Shown: positions 19,314 to 30,364, counted from the first letter of the whole stretch. The stretch: 63,202 nt of DNA, filler included, from 7 parts of 7 records of this genome joined end to end with filler, not necessarily neighbours in it; one strand, 5' to 3'. Notes: generated by a model not told the origin, from the letters alone. Made by a program: numbers and translations.

Positions 19314-21179
19314 ATGAGTCAAATACGACTTTCTATTTTCATATTCTTGTGCACATTTTCTTTGGCACTAAATGCCCAATTTCTGGTTCATCTCGATTAC
19401 GATGCCCAAGCAATCGAACCTTTGGTTGAGGGCTTATCGCATCCGCAAGTTTGTGTGGCACCCGATGGCTGGTATTATCTAACCGGAACTGTTGGCGAAC
19501 AAAAGAATCATTTCGAAAATGATGGAATTTACATGTGGAAATCGAAAGATTTAAAAAGCTGGCAGGATTTGGGAAAAGTTTTTGATGTATCGGAAATAAC
19601 CTGGCAGAGGCGGGGAGAACCGATTTACGGAACCCATCATTCAAAACGAAGAATGGGATGCCGGGGAGCAGAACTTCATTTCATAAAGGGAGAATATTAC
19701 TTGGTTTATTCAACGGTTTATCAATCAATAGGAATTATAAAAAGTAAAAGCGGTAAAGCTGAGGGACCTTACGAAGATTGGTCGAAACTTTTGCCCTGGG
19801 GTTACGACCCATCGCTTTTTGAAGATGAAGATGGTAAAGTATATCTGAGTTGGAACGGTGGAATAATCGCTCGTTTAACAAACGATTTAAAGGAATTGGA
19901 TGAAAGTCCACGACAAATAATACCCGAAATTTATCCTCCAAAAGGCTGGGGAGAATATCCTGTTTTGGATAAAGTGGGAACAGCGGGAGCACACATTATA
20001 AAACTAGACGGAAAATATTGTTTGGTTGCAAGCGACAAACAACACCGTTTGGGAACCTTATGTGACGACTTATTTTTAGCCGTATCGGATGGTGATATTT
20101 ACGGACCGTACCATCGCCGCGAGTTTGTGGTGCCACATGCATCGCATGCAAGTATTTTTCAGGATAGAGATGGGAATTGGTGGAGTACTTTCTCTGGAAA
20201 TACTGACGATAAATATGCTATGTTTTCCGGTTCAACAGGAATGTTGCCTTTGGTTAAAGGAACAGAGTTTCGTTTAAAACCAAAATCAAAAGTTATTCTC
20301 GAAAAAGGCGTAATTGGTAGTATGCATCCTGTCAAATCAGTATCCGATGTTTTTATGCGCGACCCAAGTATTTGTGTTGGTCACGATGGAGCATATTATT
20401 GTGTTTCTACTTTAGGCAAACCCTCGCAACCTCCACATGGCGGATTAAAAATGTGGCGCTCAACCGACCTCGAAAACTGGGAAGCATTGGGTTACATTTG
20501 GAATTGGGACAAAGATGCCACCTGGCACCTCAATCGCAAAAAAGACGACCCAACCAAAAAAGAATTCCTTTGGGCGCCTGAAATAGCGTACATCAACGGA
20601 ACCTACTGGATTTGTTTTAGCCACAGTATAACACCACGCGTAACTTCATTAATTAAAAGTAAAACCGGCTTGCCCGAAGGTCCGTACATCGACCCGGTTG
20701 GAGGTTCAATCAGTAGTGGAATTGATGGTTTTCTATTTCCGGATGATAATGATGAAATTTATTATTTGTGGGCTGGCGGACAAATGGCTAAAATGAAAAA
20801 AGACATGAGCGGTTTTGCCGAAAAATCCATTGAGTTGTTGGCAGGAGGATGGGAGAGAATGGGTTACGAAGGTTGTTGCTTAATAAAATACAAAGGCAAG
20901 TATATTTTAACGGGCTCAGACCATACCGGCGACCACAACGGAACCTACAACTTAATGTACGCCGTTGCCGATAAAATTACAGGTCCATACTCTGAACGAC
21001 GCTTCGCAGCCGGACACGCCGGGCATGGAACCATTTTTAAAGGAGTCGATGGCAAATTGTATTGCACTGTTTTTGGCAGCGATTCGCACAGTCCGGTTCA
21101 ACGGCAGCTTGGAATTATTGAAATTGATTTTGATGATGAATTCAACTTCATAATTAAAGACACGAAGATTGGGTATTAG
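19314..21179 (+). CDS. Tandem two-domain GH43 glycoside hydrolase
   Basis: Signal peptide; two propeller modules (SHPQV/GAELHF/YDPSLF/TAGAHI and MRDPSI/WAPEI/IDGFLF/YEGCCL/GHGTIF). Confidence 0.87.
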   Translation: MSQIRLSIFIFLCTFSLALNAQFLVHLDYDAQAIEPLVEGLSHPQVCVAPDGWYYLTGTVGEQKNHFENDGIYMWKSKDLKSWQDLGKVFDVSEITWQRRGEPIYGTHHSKRRMGCRGAELHFIKGEYYLVYSTVYQSIGIIKSKSGKAEGPYEDWSKLLPWGYDPSLFEDEDGKVYLSWNGGIIARLTNDLKELDESPRQIIPEIYPPKGWGEYPVLDKVGTAGAHIIKLDGKYCLVASDKQHRLGTLCDDLFLAVSDGDIYGPYHRREFVVPHASHASIFQDRDGNWWSTFSGNTDDKYAMFSGSTGMLPLVKGTEFRLKPKSKVILEKGVIGSMHPVKSVSDVFMRDPSICVGHDGAYYCVSTLGKPSQPPHGGLKMWRSTDLENWEALGYIWNWDKDATWHLNRKKDDPTKKEFLWAPEIAYINGTYWICFSHSITPRVTSLIKSKTGLPEGPYIDPVGGSISSGIDGFLFPDDNDEIYYLWAGGQMAKMKKDMSGFAEKSIELLAGGWERMGYEGCCLIKYKGKYILTGSDHTGDHNGTYNLMYAVADKITGPYSERRFAAGHAGHGTIFKGVDGKLYCTVFGSDSHSPVQRQLGIIEIDFDDEFNFIIKDTKIGY

Positions 21180-21230
21180 TTCCTTTGTAACTCTGACAGG
21201 GTTTCACCCCCTGTCAGAGTTACAAAGGAA
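21180..21230. repeat. Long hairpin (REP-like, possibly terminator)
   Basis: TTCCTTTGTAACTCTGACAGGG-TTTCACC-CCCTGTCAGAGTTACAAAGGAA, perfect 22-bp stem right after the stop codon. Confidence 0.75.
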
Positions 21231-21246
21231 AGACATAACACTAAAT

Positions 21247-21370
21247 CACCAAGCTAAAGCATGGTGCAAAAGATTGAATACCCCCGGGTTTTAACCCGGG
21301 GAAAAGAGTGAGAATAAAAACAAGGCGCATCCACGCACGTTCCAAAAAGAACAAAAGTTGCATGCGCCGA
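21247..21370. repeat. Composite multi-hairpin intergenic element, copy B
   Basis: CACCAAGC-TAAA-GCATGGTG; CCCCGGGTTTTAACCCGGGG; GGCGCAT-N31-ATGCGCC. Confidence 0.6.
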
Positions 21371-21396
21371 AAGCAAAAATTTAGATTGAATTAACA

Positions 21397-22782
21397 ATGC
21401 GAAATTTATTTATTATCCTAACTGTTTTTGTTGCTTTTGCAGCATCTGCCCAACAAAAAACTGATAGACTGAGCTTGTCGAAGTCAAACGTCCTATTCTT
21501 AATAGTCGACGACATGAACGACTACGGTTTTTACGAAACTGTTCCGGGTATAAAAATGCCTTATCTCGATAAGTTTAAACAATCGGCGGTGGTTTTTGAA
21601 AATGCTAATTGTGGTTCGCCCGTTTGTACGCCGTCGCGCACCGCAGTTTTTAGCGGATTATTTCCACACACCACCGGAGCGTATTTTAACGGTTGCGACC
21701 CGTGGAACAAATCGGAGCGGCTGAAACAGCAGGAAACCTTGCCCGAAATGTTCAAACGAAATGGTTACGAAACCTTTGGGCGCGGAAAATTGTATCATGC
21801 AAAAATGAACGATAACAGGGAAGAAGAGAATTTTGATAACCGTCCGCTTTATGGTGGTGGTTTTGGTCCATTCCCCGATGAAGAGCACCAGATAAAAGGA
21901 AAATTCTGGGGCATTCAGGCTTTCGAAGATGAGGAATTCCCGGATGTGAAAAATGCCGATGCTGCAATTGATTTTCTTGAAGAAGACCACGAAAAGCCTT
22001 TCTTTTTAGCTCTTGGTTTGTGGCGCCCGCACACACCATTTACTTGCCCTCAACGTTTTTACGATATGTACAGCATTAACGACATAGAACTTCCGAAAGG
22101 TTACGATGAGAATGATTTAGATGACATCCCGGAGATTGCAAAAGAGTTGCTCGATCCTTTTGGGCGTTTTAATCCTGAAAATAAGCAGGAGTGGAAAGAA
22201 TTACTTCGGGCATATTACGCTTGTACAAGTTTTGCCGACTGGAACATTGGCCGTGTAATTGAAGCACTTGATAACAGCAAGTACGCTGAAAATACCATTG
22301 TGGTTTTTTGGAGCGACAATGGCTATCACTGCGGAACGAAGAACCATTGGGAGAAAAATACGCTTTGGGAGCAGGCAGCCAAAACACCAATGGCAGTGCG
22401 TGTACCCAACTCACCCGAGAATGGAAAAGCTTGCAAACGCCCTGTCAATTCTGTTGATTTGTATCCAACTTTAACCGAATTATGTGGCTTAAATCAGCTA
22501 AGTAAAACCGATGGCAAAAGCCTAAAACCACTTTTTGAAAATATTGCTGCAAAATGGCAGCCGGCTATAACAACATTTGGCAAAGGCTTTGTTTCTGTTC
22601 GTGGCGAGCGTTTTCGTTACATCCGCTACTCCGATGGCAGCGAAGAATTGTACGACCATAACAACGATCCTTATGAATTGAATAATATTCAGGATAAACC
22701 AAAATTCAAAAAAAATAAAAAGAAACTGGCAAAATATATTCCTGAAACATTTGCAGAAGAAATACCGGGAAGAAGGAACTGA
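21397..22782 (+). CDS. Formylglycine-dependent sulfatase (S1, iduronate-2-sulfatase-like)
   Basis: NVLFLIVDD, CTPSRTAVFSG (CxPSR), GKLYH, RPHTPF, WSDNGYH, LWEQAAKTP. Confidence 0.92.
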   Translation: MRNLFIILTVFVAFAASAQQKTDRLSLSKSNVLFLIVDDMNDYGFYETVPGIKMPYLDKFKQSAVVFENANCGSPVCTPSRTAVFSGLFPHTTGAYFNGCDPWNKSERLKQQETLPEMFKRNGYETFGRGKLYHAKMNDNREEENFDNRPLYGGGFGPFPDEEHQIKGKFWGIQAFEDEEFPDVKNADAAIDFLEEDHEKPFFLALGLWRPHTPFTCPQRFYDMYSINDIELPKGYDENDLDDIPEIAKELLDPFGRFNPENKQEWKELLRAYYACTSFADWNIGRVIEALDNSKYAENTIVVFWSDNGYHCGTKNHWEKNTLWEQAAKTPMAVRVPNSPENGKACKRPVNSVDLYPTLTELCGLNQLSKTDGKSLKPLFENIAAKWQPAITTFGKGFVSVRGERFRYIRYSDGSEELYDHNNDPYELNNIQDKPKFKKNKKKLAKYIPETFAEEIPGRRN

Positions 22783-22793
22783 TGTGCTCCGAT

Positions 22794-22854
22794 GTCATGC
22801 TGAACTTGTTTCAGCATCTATAATATTGAGATTCTGAAACAAGTTCAGAATGAC
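22794..22854. repeat. REP-like inverted doublet
   Basis: GTCATGCTGAACTTGTTTCAGCATCT-N9-AGATTCTGAAACAAGTTCAGAATGAC; each arm is internally palindromic. Confidence 0.75.
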
Positions 22855-22874
22855 GCATTAAGGTCGACATTAGT

Positions 22875-22882
22875 TATATTTG
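22875..22882 (+). promoter_or_regulatory. Bacteroidota -7 promoter element
   Basis: TATATTTG (TAnnTTTG) 36 nt upstream of the HTCS start. Confidence 0.5.
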
Positions 22883-22917
22883 AAGAATTGACTAAATAAA
22901 GTCAGAAAAAGAGGGAT

Positions 22918-25847
22918 ATGAAAAGGATTTGGATAACATTATTTTTAGTATTAGCCGTATTGTTTTTGAACGCGCAAAACAACAAGCGTTTCCGCCATTT
23001 AGACATTAACCGTGGGTTGGTGCATACCGATGCTACTGCGGTTACCGAAGATGAACAGGGATTTATATGGATTGGAACAAATGCAGGAGTGCAGCGTTTC
23101 GACGGACAGCAAACCAAGTTGTTTTTTAATACCACATCCAAACAAAATCAGGTTTACAATAACCGGATAACAACGTTATACTCCGAAGGGAAATACCTGT
23201 GGGTTGGAAGCGAGGGAGGTCTGCATCTTTTAAATCTCGAGAACGAGAAACATGTTCCTTTGACTTATTCGGGGTTCGATTTTAATACCACACCGCAATT
23301 GGTTTCCAGAATAGTTGGTTTAAATGGTTATTTATGGTTGGTGTGCAATGGCGATTTATATCGTGCCATTTTGAATGAGGAAAACAATGAATTAGAAATC
23401 GAACCTATTTCGAAATTGGTAAGTGCCCCTGAGGCTTTTAAAACCAGTGAAAAGATTTCGCTGGAAACAAATGGCGAAGATATTTTGTGGGTAGGCACCA
23501 ACATGGGAATTGCAAGTTTACAATTGAACAATGAAAATGTTGAACTTCTGGAATTTACAGGTGAGCGTAAACAAGATTTAGGATTTGTGCAAAACAGGAT
23601 TAATCACATTCGGTTTTACAAACACCAGTTATGGCTTGTAACACCAAACTATTTGCAGGTTTATTCGCTTGAAAACAACAGTTTTAAGTTACGCAGCTTG
23701 TTAAAAACCATTTGTTTAGATGACATTTTTATTGGAACTGAATGGGGATTTGTTAACCGTAGTTTGAATGATTTTTTGGTAGATGGAGAGAATAATTTCT
23801 GGTGTGCAACCAGCGCCGGATTGGTTTTTATAAACGAACCATTAAGTCAGAATCCGCAATTCCAAACGTTCAATTATTCGCAGTATAATCCCTTTTCTAT
23901 TTCATCAAATAATGTTTCGCAACTTTTACTCGACCACTCGAATTGTTTGTGGGCTTCAACCTGGGCTGGCGGTTTGTCGTTTCTCGATTTAGAGCAAAAA
24001 CAGTTTAACTTGTTGGTGAAAGACCCGAGCCGCAAAGGCTATTCATTAAGCGATCCGTTTGTACGCGCCATTACACAAGATAACAAGGGACGAGTTTGGG
24101 TAGCCGGGCAAAACGAAGGAATTGATTTTTATAATCCTGAAACCGGAAGATGCCAGCCGTTTCGAATTGGTTCGATAACAAACAAGTCGCTGACAAGTAC
24201 CCGTGTAAGGAGTTTGAAATTTCATAAAAATAAAGTTTATGTCGGAACTACCGGAGGTTTAGATATAATTGATTTAACTACAAAAAAAATATACAACTAT
24301 CCTGAATTATTTGGTACTGTAAATCCAATTTATTCGATGGATTTCGACCAGTACGAAAACTTGTGGGTAGGAACGTGGCGAGGTGGTTTGTTTCAGGTGA
24401 AACTTGAAAACAATAAGCCGGTTAAAATAGTAGAGATTAATGAAAACAAGAATAATCGTTTGTCGCTAAGCTCTAACCAGGTAAACTACGTTTTTGTTGA
24501 TAGAACCAAAAACGAGGTGCTGGTTAGTACAAAAAAAGGACTGAACCGCTTGTTGCTTGGCGAATATGGTTGGGTAAATAATATTATTTACTACCGCAGT
24601 AACGAAACCGAAACATCTTTTAGCAGCGAGTATGTGTGGCCTGTTCAGAAAGAAAGCGATACGGTATATTGGGTAGGAACACTTGGTGGAGGATTGAATC
24701 GTTTTGTTTTACTCGACGGATGGGACGAGAATAACTATGGGAACTACAAGGCTACTTCTTTTGCGGTAGAACAGGGCGCACCGGCTAACGACATAGAATC
24801 GTTATTAACCGATGATGATGGGAATTTATGGATAGGATCGAAAGGCTTGTCGGTATTTAATCCTAAAAACCACGAATTCTGGAATTTTGATGTGAATGAT
24901 GGTTTGCAGTCTAACGGATTTAAAATTGGATCGGCCTACAAAAATGAAGATGGCATTTTGTTTTTTGGTGGTATTAACGGAATGAATCATTTCGATCCTA
25001 AAAACATAAAACGTAATGAAATAAGAACCACGATTGTGTTGAATGGTTTGCATATTCGAAATACGAAAATAGCTCCGGGACAAGAGGTAAATAATCGTGT
25101 TTTGCTTGAATCCGGCTTGTCATACACCAACAAGTTAACCTTGAATTATAAAGAGAATGATTTCTCACTTTCGTTTGCTTCGTTGCATTATGCCAATCCC
25201 GAAAAATGTAGTTACAAATACTTGCTTGAAGGTTACGATAAAGAATGGCACCACATTCCCGGAGAATATCCTGTGGCAAGCTATTCGAATTTGAAATATG
25301 GCGATTACACCTTTAAGGTTGATGCCACCAATGGCGATGGTTTATGGAGCAATAATCCCACTGAACTGAAGATTCATATTAGTCCTCCATGGTGGTTAAG
25401 CGGCTGGGCATATTTTGCGTATGTCGTTTTGTTTGCGGCGCTTTCAGCAGGTGTATTCTTTTATACAAACCGCTGGATGAAACTTAGAAATGAATTAAAA
25501 TTGGTTGAAGCCGAAGAGCAGAAGAAAGAAGAATTGCACCAAATGAAATTGCAGTTCTTTATGAATATTTCGCACGAATTTAAAACACCTTTAACGCTGA
25601 TTCTTACACCGCTCGAAAAATTGAAAAGCATGCAAAATACCGATGCCGAGCAAAGTAAAATGTTGCAGTTAATTTCGGTAAATGCCAACAGGTTATTGAA
25701 GTTGGTAAACGAGCTTATGGATTTCAGAAAAGCCGAAGTTGGGCATTTAAACTTGCAGGCCACAAAAGCTGATCTTAAGGAATTTGCAGGAAAGGTTTAC
25801 CAGCAGTTTGTACCACTTTGTCAGAAAAGTGCCATCGACTATTCTTT
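22918..25847 (+). CDS. Hybrid two-component system sensor (3' truncated)
   Basis: Reg_prop beta-propeller repeats (WIGT..G), Y_Y_Y domain (YKYLLEGYDKEW), TM helix after PPWW, HisKA FFMNISHEFKTPLTLI. Confidence 0.93.
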
Positions 25848-25947
25848 NNNNNNNNNNNNNNNNNNNNNNNNNNNNNNNNNNNNNNNNNNNNTTAATTAAT
25901 TAANNNNNNNNNNNNNNNNNNNNNNNNNNNNNNNNNNNNNNNNNNNN
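25848..25947. other. Artificial contig-joining spacer
   Basis: 44 N + TTAATTAATTAA + 44 N. Confidence 0.99.
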
Positions 25948-26476
25948 GGGGGAACAAGGTGCAATAAATGCTACACTATCCATAATGGCTGGTGGAAACA
26001 CAAACGACTTAAAAAGATGCTATCCAATATTAAAAACGCTAGGAAAAAGTATAGTTCATACTGGCGAAATTGGAAGTGGAAGCATGACAAAACTGGCAAA
26101 CCAAATTATGGTAGCGCTCAACATAGCAGCAATGGGCGAAGCTATGGTACTAGCTGCAAAACTAGGGCTAGATTGCGAAATAATGTACAACGCAGTAAAA
26201 GACGGAATGGCAAAGAGCGCAGTACTGGATGGCAAGATAAATAAACTTCTTATTGCCGACTATAGTCCAGGGTTCTATCTTGATTTGCATATAAAAGACC
26301 TGCAAAATGTGTTAAATACTTGCAATGAAAACAATGTTAACTTGCCTTTAACAGAAAGAGTGTTAGAAATAATGAAAGAGCAAAGCAAAAATGGCTTCGG
26401 TAAAGAAGATCATAGCTCAATAATAAAATACTACGAAAATAAAATAGGAGTTAGCATTAAAGATACGAAACAGTAA
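25948..26476 (+). CDS. 2-hydroxy-3-oxopropionate reductase / beta-hydroxyacid dehydrogenase (5' truncated)
   Basis: GEQGAINATLSIMAGG, GSGSMTKLANQIMV, PGFYLDLHIKDL, GKEDHSSI. Confidence 0.85.
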
Positions 26477-26590
26477 AATTGATTAACGGATTTTTCACTT
26501 AAGTTTCGAAGTCTTATGCAACAATAACTTTGCAATTGGTCTATATGTAATGTAGAATAAATAATAATAAAAACTAATAATACTAACTAT

Positions 26591-27787
26591 TTGGAGATCG
26601 CTTTGATAAGTAAAATTGGACAGTTTACCGATTCGTTTCCTCCAATCACTGATGGGGTTTCGAACGTGGTAGAAAATTATTGTAAATATTTAAATAACAG
26701 TTACGCAAATTGTATTGTAGTAACCCCTGGTGACGCTGATGAAATAGATTGCACAAAATACTCCTACGAAGTAAAAACCGTTAAGTATATAGATGTACCG
26801 TTTAGAAACGAATATAAATATGGCTTAGGAACACTAGATAGAAAAGCATATAAAGATATTCAAGCGACCAACTTTGATATTATCCATACACATTCGCCTT
26901 TTTCTGCTGGAATACTAGCACGAAAGATTGCTACCAATAAAAAAATACCAATGATTGCAACGTTTCATTCAAAATACAAAGATGATTTCATGCAAGCCCT
27001 AAAAAGTAATATGATAGCTTCAACTGCAGCCTATTTTATTAGTAAATTCTATGAAAAAGCAGATGAAGTATGGGCAGTTACGAAATCATCATCACAAGTT
27101 TTAAAAGATTACGGATACAAAGGCGAAATCTTCGTAATGCAAAACGGATGTGACTTTGAACCCCAAAAAAACGATACCAAGACAAACGAAAAAATCAACG
27201 AAATGTATAAAATATCTTCTGACGAAAAAATTCTACTATATGTAGGTCAACAAATATGGCAAAAAAACCTAAACTTATTATTAAAGTCAGTAGCAAAACT
27301 AAAAGAAACATATGGTAATTTCAAATTATTGATGGTAGGTGGCGGAGTAAACGAAAACGAAATAAAAGATTTAAGCCTAAAACTGGGTCTAAACAAAAAC
27401 ATTGTATACACCGGACGTATATCCGACCGTAAATTGCTGCAAAACATCTATTCACGAGCCGATTTATTCTTGTTCCCATCGTTTTACGATACTTCAGGCA
27501 TCGTTGTTAAAGAAGCTGCTGCATCTTTTACTCCTTCTCTGCTAATGAAAGGTGCAAATGCCGCGGATGACGTAATAGATGGATATAACGGATTTTTGTG
27601 CGAAGATAATACAATTGAATGCTATACAGCCAAACTATGCAAAATAATTGATAACCAAGAAACATTGGTAACTTCTGGCGAAAACGCTGCAAAAACACTC
27701 TGCACACATTGGAAAGACGTAATGGAACAAGTTTATCAACGCTATCAACATATCCAAGAAAAATTTTCGAAAGACATCCAAAAATAA
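26591..27787 (+). CDS. GT4 glycosyltransferase (diacylglycerol glucosyltransferase-like)
   Basis: FTDSFPPITDGV, DIIHTHSPF, ATFHSKY, ADLFLFPSFYDTSGIVVKEA. Confidence 0.87.
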   Translation: MEIALISKIGQFTDSFPPITDGVSNVVENYCKYLNNSYANCIVVTPGDADEIDCTKYSYEVKTVKYIDVPFRNEYKYGLGTLDRKAYKDIQATNFDIIHTHSPFSAGILARKIATNKKIPMIATFHSKYKDDFMQALKSNMIASTAAYFISKFYEKADEVWAVTKSSSQVLKDYGYKGEIFVMQNGCDFEPQKNDTKTNEKINEMYKISSDEKILLYVGQQIWQKNLNLLLKSVAKLKETYGNFKLLMVGGGVNENEIKDLSLKLGLNKNIVYTGRISDRKLLQNIYSRADLFLFPSFYDTSGIVVKEAAASFTPSLLMKGANAADDVIDGYNGFLCEDNTIECYTAKLCKIIDNQETLVTSGENAAKTLCTHWKDVMEQVYQRYQHIQEKFSKDIQK

Positions 27788-27848
27788 ATAGATTACATGA
27801 TCAAACAGGATCATGTTTTTCTATGCAAACCTTTATATAAATAAAAAC

Positions 27849-27875
27849 ACGCTGATACAAACATTGTATCAGCGT
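27849..27875. terminator. Terminator hairpin between convergent genes
   Basis: ACGCTGATACAA-ACA-TTGTATCAGCGT. Confidence 0.7.
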
Positions 27876-27890
27876 ATAAATATTTAATTT

Positions 27891-29000
27891 TTAAAACGGA
27901 CGTCGTCCACAAACAAAGTTCCTAGTCCAGTATGAACTTATGCTACTTACAACAACCTTACCATTACCAGAAGAAGCATGAACGAAAGTTCCTCCACCTA
28001 AATATATAGCAGTGTGACTAACACGAGAACTTTTATTAGATCTAAAGAACATAATATCTCCACGACGCAACCCACTAACGCTGCTGATTCGCTTCCATGA
28101 AGAAACTTGGCTGAATCCTGCTGCATTATATCTGGGCATCCGCTTACCTGCCTTATTCAAGCAGTAATAAACCAATCCCGAACAATCAAACGATCCTGGA
28201 CCAGTAGCACCCCAAACATATGGATCACCACGCTGAGCAAGAGCAATAGAAACAAAACTTTCAGCACCAGAGCCACCTGAAGAACCACCACTAGAAGAAG
28301 ATGTGGTTACAGCCTTAGGTGCAGCTTTAGCATTAGGAGAAAATAAAATATCCCGAGACTGTGTGCCTACCTTCCCATCAACAACCAGACCGTTGCGTTT
28401 TTGGAAAGCACGAACAGCCTTTTCAGTCCCTTCTCCATAACTACCATCAGCAGATCCCGTATAATATCCAAGCTCTTGCAGCCTCTTCTGCATATTCTTA
28501 ATATCTAAACCCATATTACCAGGATAAATAGTATATACCTTAGCCTCATCAGAGAATAAAAGCTTAAGCGTCTCCTCACCTGCTATACCATCAACCTCTA
28601 AATCATGTGACCGCTGAAATAGCTCGATAGAAAATTTGGTAATAGGTCCATAATAATTCGTAACCCTATCGTTTTCAAAATACTCAAGTTCCATCAACCT
28701 AGTTTGTATACTTGCCACCAAAGGACTATTAACTCCTTCTTTAATCAATCCCCCATAAAAAGCAGAGCTAATCAAACCCTCTTGATCCTCAACTTTTGAA
28801 GGAATATATACACTAACCCCAGGAAGAAACTCAAAAGTATTCTCATCTTCGTCATCAACGACATCAACATCAACATCCTGATTATCAGTAGTTGGCGAAG
28901 GCGACGGTTCTGCACTTACAATACCAAAAGGCAATACAAAAAACACAGCCAACAAAACGGCAATAAAAGTATTAAAGTTTTTCAATTTATTTCTATTCAT
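27891..29000 (-). CDS. Peptidoglycan endopeptidase: two PG-binding domains + NlpC/P60
   Basis: Signal peptide; two FQ...L.VDG..G..T PG_binding_1 repeats; YVWGATGPGSFDCSGLV and HTAIYLG...FVHAS catalytic motifs. Confidence 0.92.
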   Translation of the reverse strand: MNRNKLKNFNTFIAVLLAVFFVLPFGIVSAEPSPSPTTDNQDVDVDVVDDEDENTFEFLPGVSVYIPSKVEDQEGLISSAFYGGLIKEGVNSPLVASIQTRLMELEYFENDRVTNYYGPITKFSIELFQRSHDLEVDGIAGEETLKLLFSDEAKVYTIYPGNMGLDIKNMQKRLQELGYYTGSADGSYGEGTEKAVRAFQKRNGLVVDGKVGTQSRDILFSPNAKAAPKAVTTSSSSGGSSGGSGAESFVSIALAQRGDPYVWGATGPGSFDCSGLVYYCLNKAGKRMPRYNAAGFSQVSSWKRISSVSGLRRGDIMFFRSNKSSRVSHTAIYLGGGTFVHASSGNGKVVVSSISSYWTRNFVCGRRPF

Positions 29001-29124
29001 TAATTATCCTTTATTCTTTGACTGCAAAGAAGCAAATCAATTATTAAGAAAGTATTACATTAATATCATTATACCCAATTAACTTGTTAATCACAATAGT
29101 TTTTTAAAAGCCACAATAAGATAC

Positions 29125-29156
29125 AAAAAAGCAGTGAGCGATTTTCGCTCACTGCT
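29125..29156 (-). terminator. Intrinsic terminator after fprA
   Basis: AGCAGTGAGCGA-TTT-TCGCTCACTGCT stem followed by a U-run on the minus strand. Confidence 0.8.
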
Positions 29157-29168
29157 AAAAACCTATAT

Positions 29169-30359
29169 TTAAGAATCTAACTTACTTGCAATATCATCAG
29201 CTAATGCAGAAGCATCAGCAAGTTCATCACTATTAGGATTCATCTTTGCCCTACAAATACCAACAGGCTTCATACCAAGCTGTTCCATACGCTGAACAAT
29301 AAACTTTGTAGCCTCGCCACTCCATCCATAGCTGCCAAACGCAGCTGAAACCTTACCCTTACACCCAATTGCAGAAAGATTACTTAATACTTCCCATACA
29401 GGTTCAAGAGCATCCCTATTCAGTGTAGGCGAACCCAAGACAATCGCATCAGCATTTGATGCCAGTTTTACAGCATCTGCAACAGACATCTCAGCTATAT
29501 CAAAAACTTCATTGGTAACACCCAACTCACTAAGCCTTAAAGAAATTGCGTGAGCAAGCTTCCCAGTAAAACCATAGCAAGAAACATAACCAATAAACAC
29601 AGATTTTTCTGACTTAGGCTCAACAGTTGCCCACTTTTCATACCTATCGATCGCTCCAATAGGATCATCATCTAATACAGGCCCATGAGCAGGACAAATC
29701 ACAGAAATATCAAGTGCTCTTGCCTTTTTACAAGCATCTAATACAAAGTTTTTGAACGGGCTCATAATAACATCAAAATAATATTTTTGAGTATCTAACA
29801 ACTCAGACCCAGAATAAGCCTTTTCGAAAACTTCTGGCCAGTGATGATGAAAACCAAATACATCGCCCGAAACCAAAGCCTTGCGCTCTGGGATATATGT
29901 AAACATAGAATCAGGCCAATGCAAAAACGGCGTAGATAAAAACTCTAGCGTCATGCCGCCTAAATCAATTTTATCGCCCTCATTAACTACTTTTATATTC
30001 ATGGGACGATTAACAATTTCTTTGATAAAATTTGACGCCGCACGAGAACAAACAACTACAGCCTGTGGAGAATACTCCAACAACTGATGAACAGCTCCAG
30101 TATGATCAGGCTCAGTGTGATTCAAAACAATATAATCAATGTTTGAAATATCAGCGCCAGCATCTTCTAACCTGGATTTCCACTCATCAAAGAATCCATC
30201 TTTTGTGCCCTCAATTATGGCACAAGCATCTTCCCCCTGAACGAAATAAGAATTATAGCTTGTCCCAAACTCTGTTGTCATAATAACATCAAAAACTTTC
30301 AAGTCATGATCTTGTACTCCAACCCAGTAAAATCCATTATCAATCTTACGCGATTGCAT
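29169..30359 (-). CDS. fprA: Flavodiiron protein (A-type flavoprotein)
   Basis: GTSYNSY, NHTEPDH, LHWPDSM, PAHGP (MBL diiron domain); flavodoxin SCYGFT, GSPT, FGSYGWSGEA. Confidence 0.92.
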   Translation of the reverse strand: MQSRKIDNGFYWVGVQDHDLKVFDVIMTTEFGTSYNSYFVQGEDACAIIEGTKDGFFDEWKSRLEDAGADISNIDYIVLNHTEPDHTGAVHQLLEYSPQAVVVCSRAASNFIKEIVNRPMNIKVVNEGDKIDLGGMTLEFLSTPFLHWPDSMFTYIPERKALVSGDVFGFHHHWPEVFEKAYSGSELLDTQKYYFDVIMSPFKNFVLDACKKARALDISVICPAHGPVLDDDPIGAIDRYEKWATVEPKSEKSVFIGYVSCYGFTGKLAHAISLRLSELGVTNEVFDIAEMSVADAVKLASNADAIVLGSPTLNRDALEPVWEVLSNLSAIGCKGKVSAAFGSYGWSGEATKFIVQRMEQLGMKPVGICRAKMNPNSDELADASALADDIASKLDS

Positions 30360-30364
30360 AAAGT

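Noticed and set aside
19023-22854. CRISPR array
   Set aside because: The palindromes are isolated and dissimilar, with no regularly spaced identical repeats and no cas genes.
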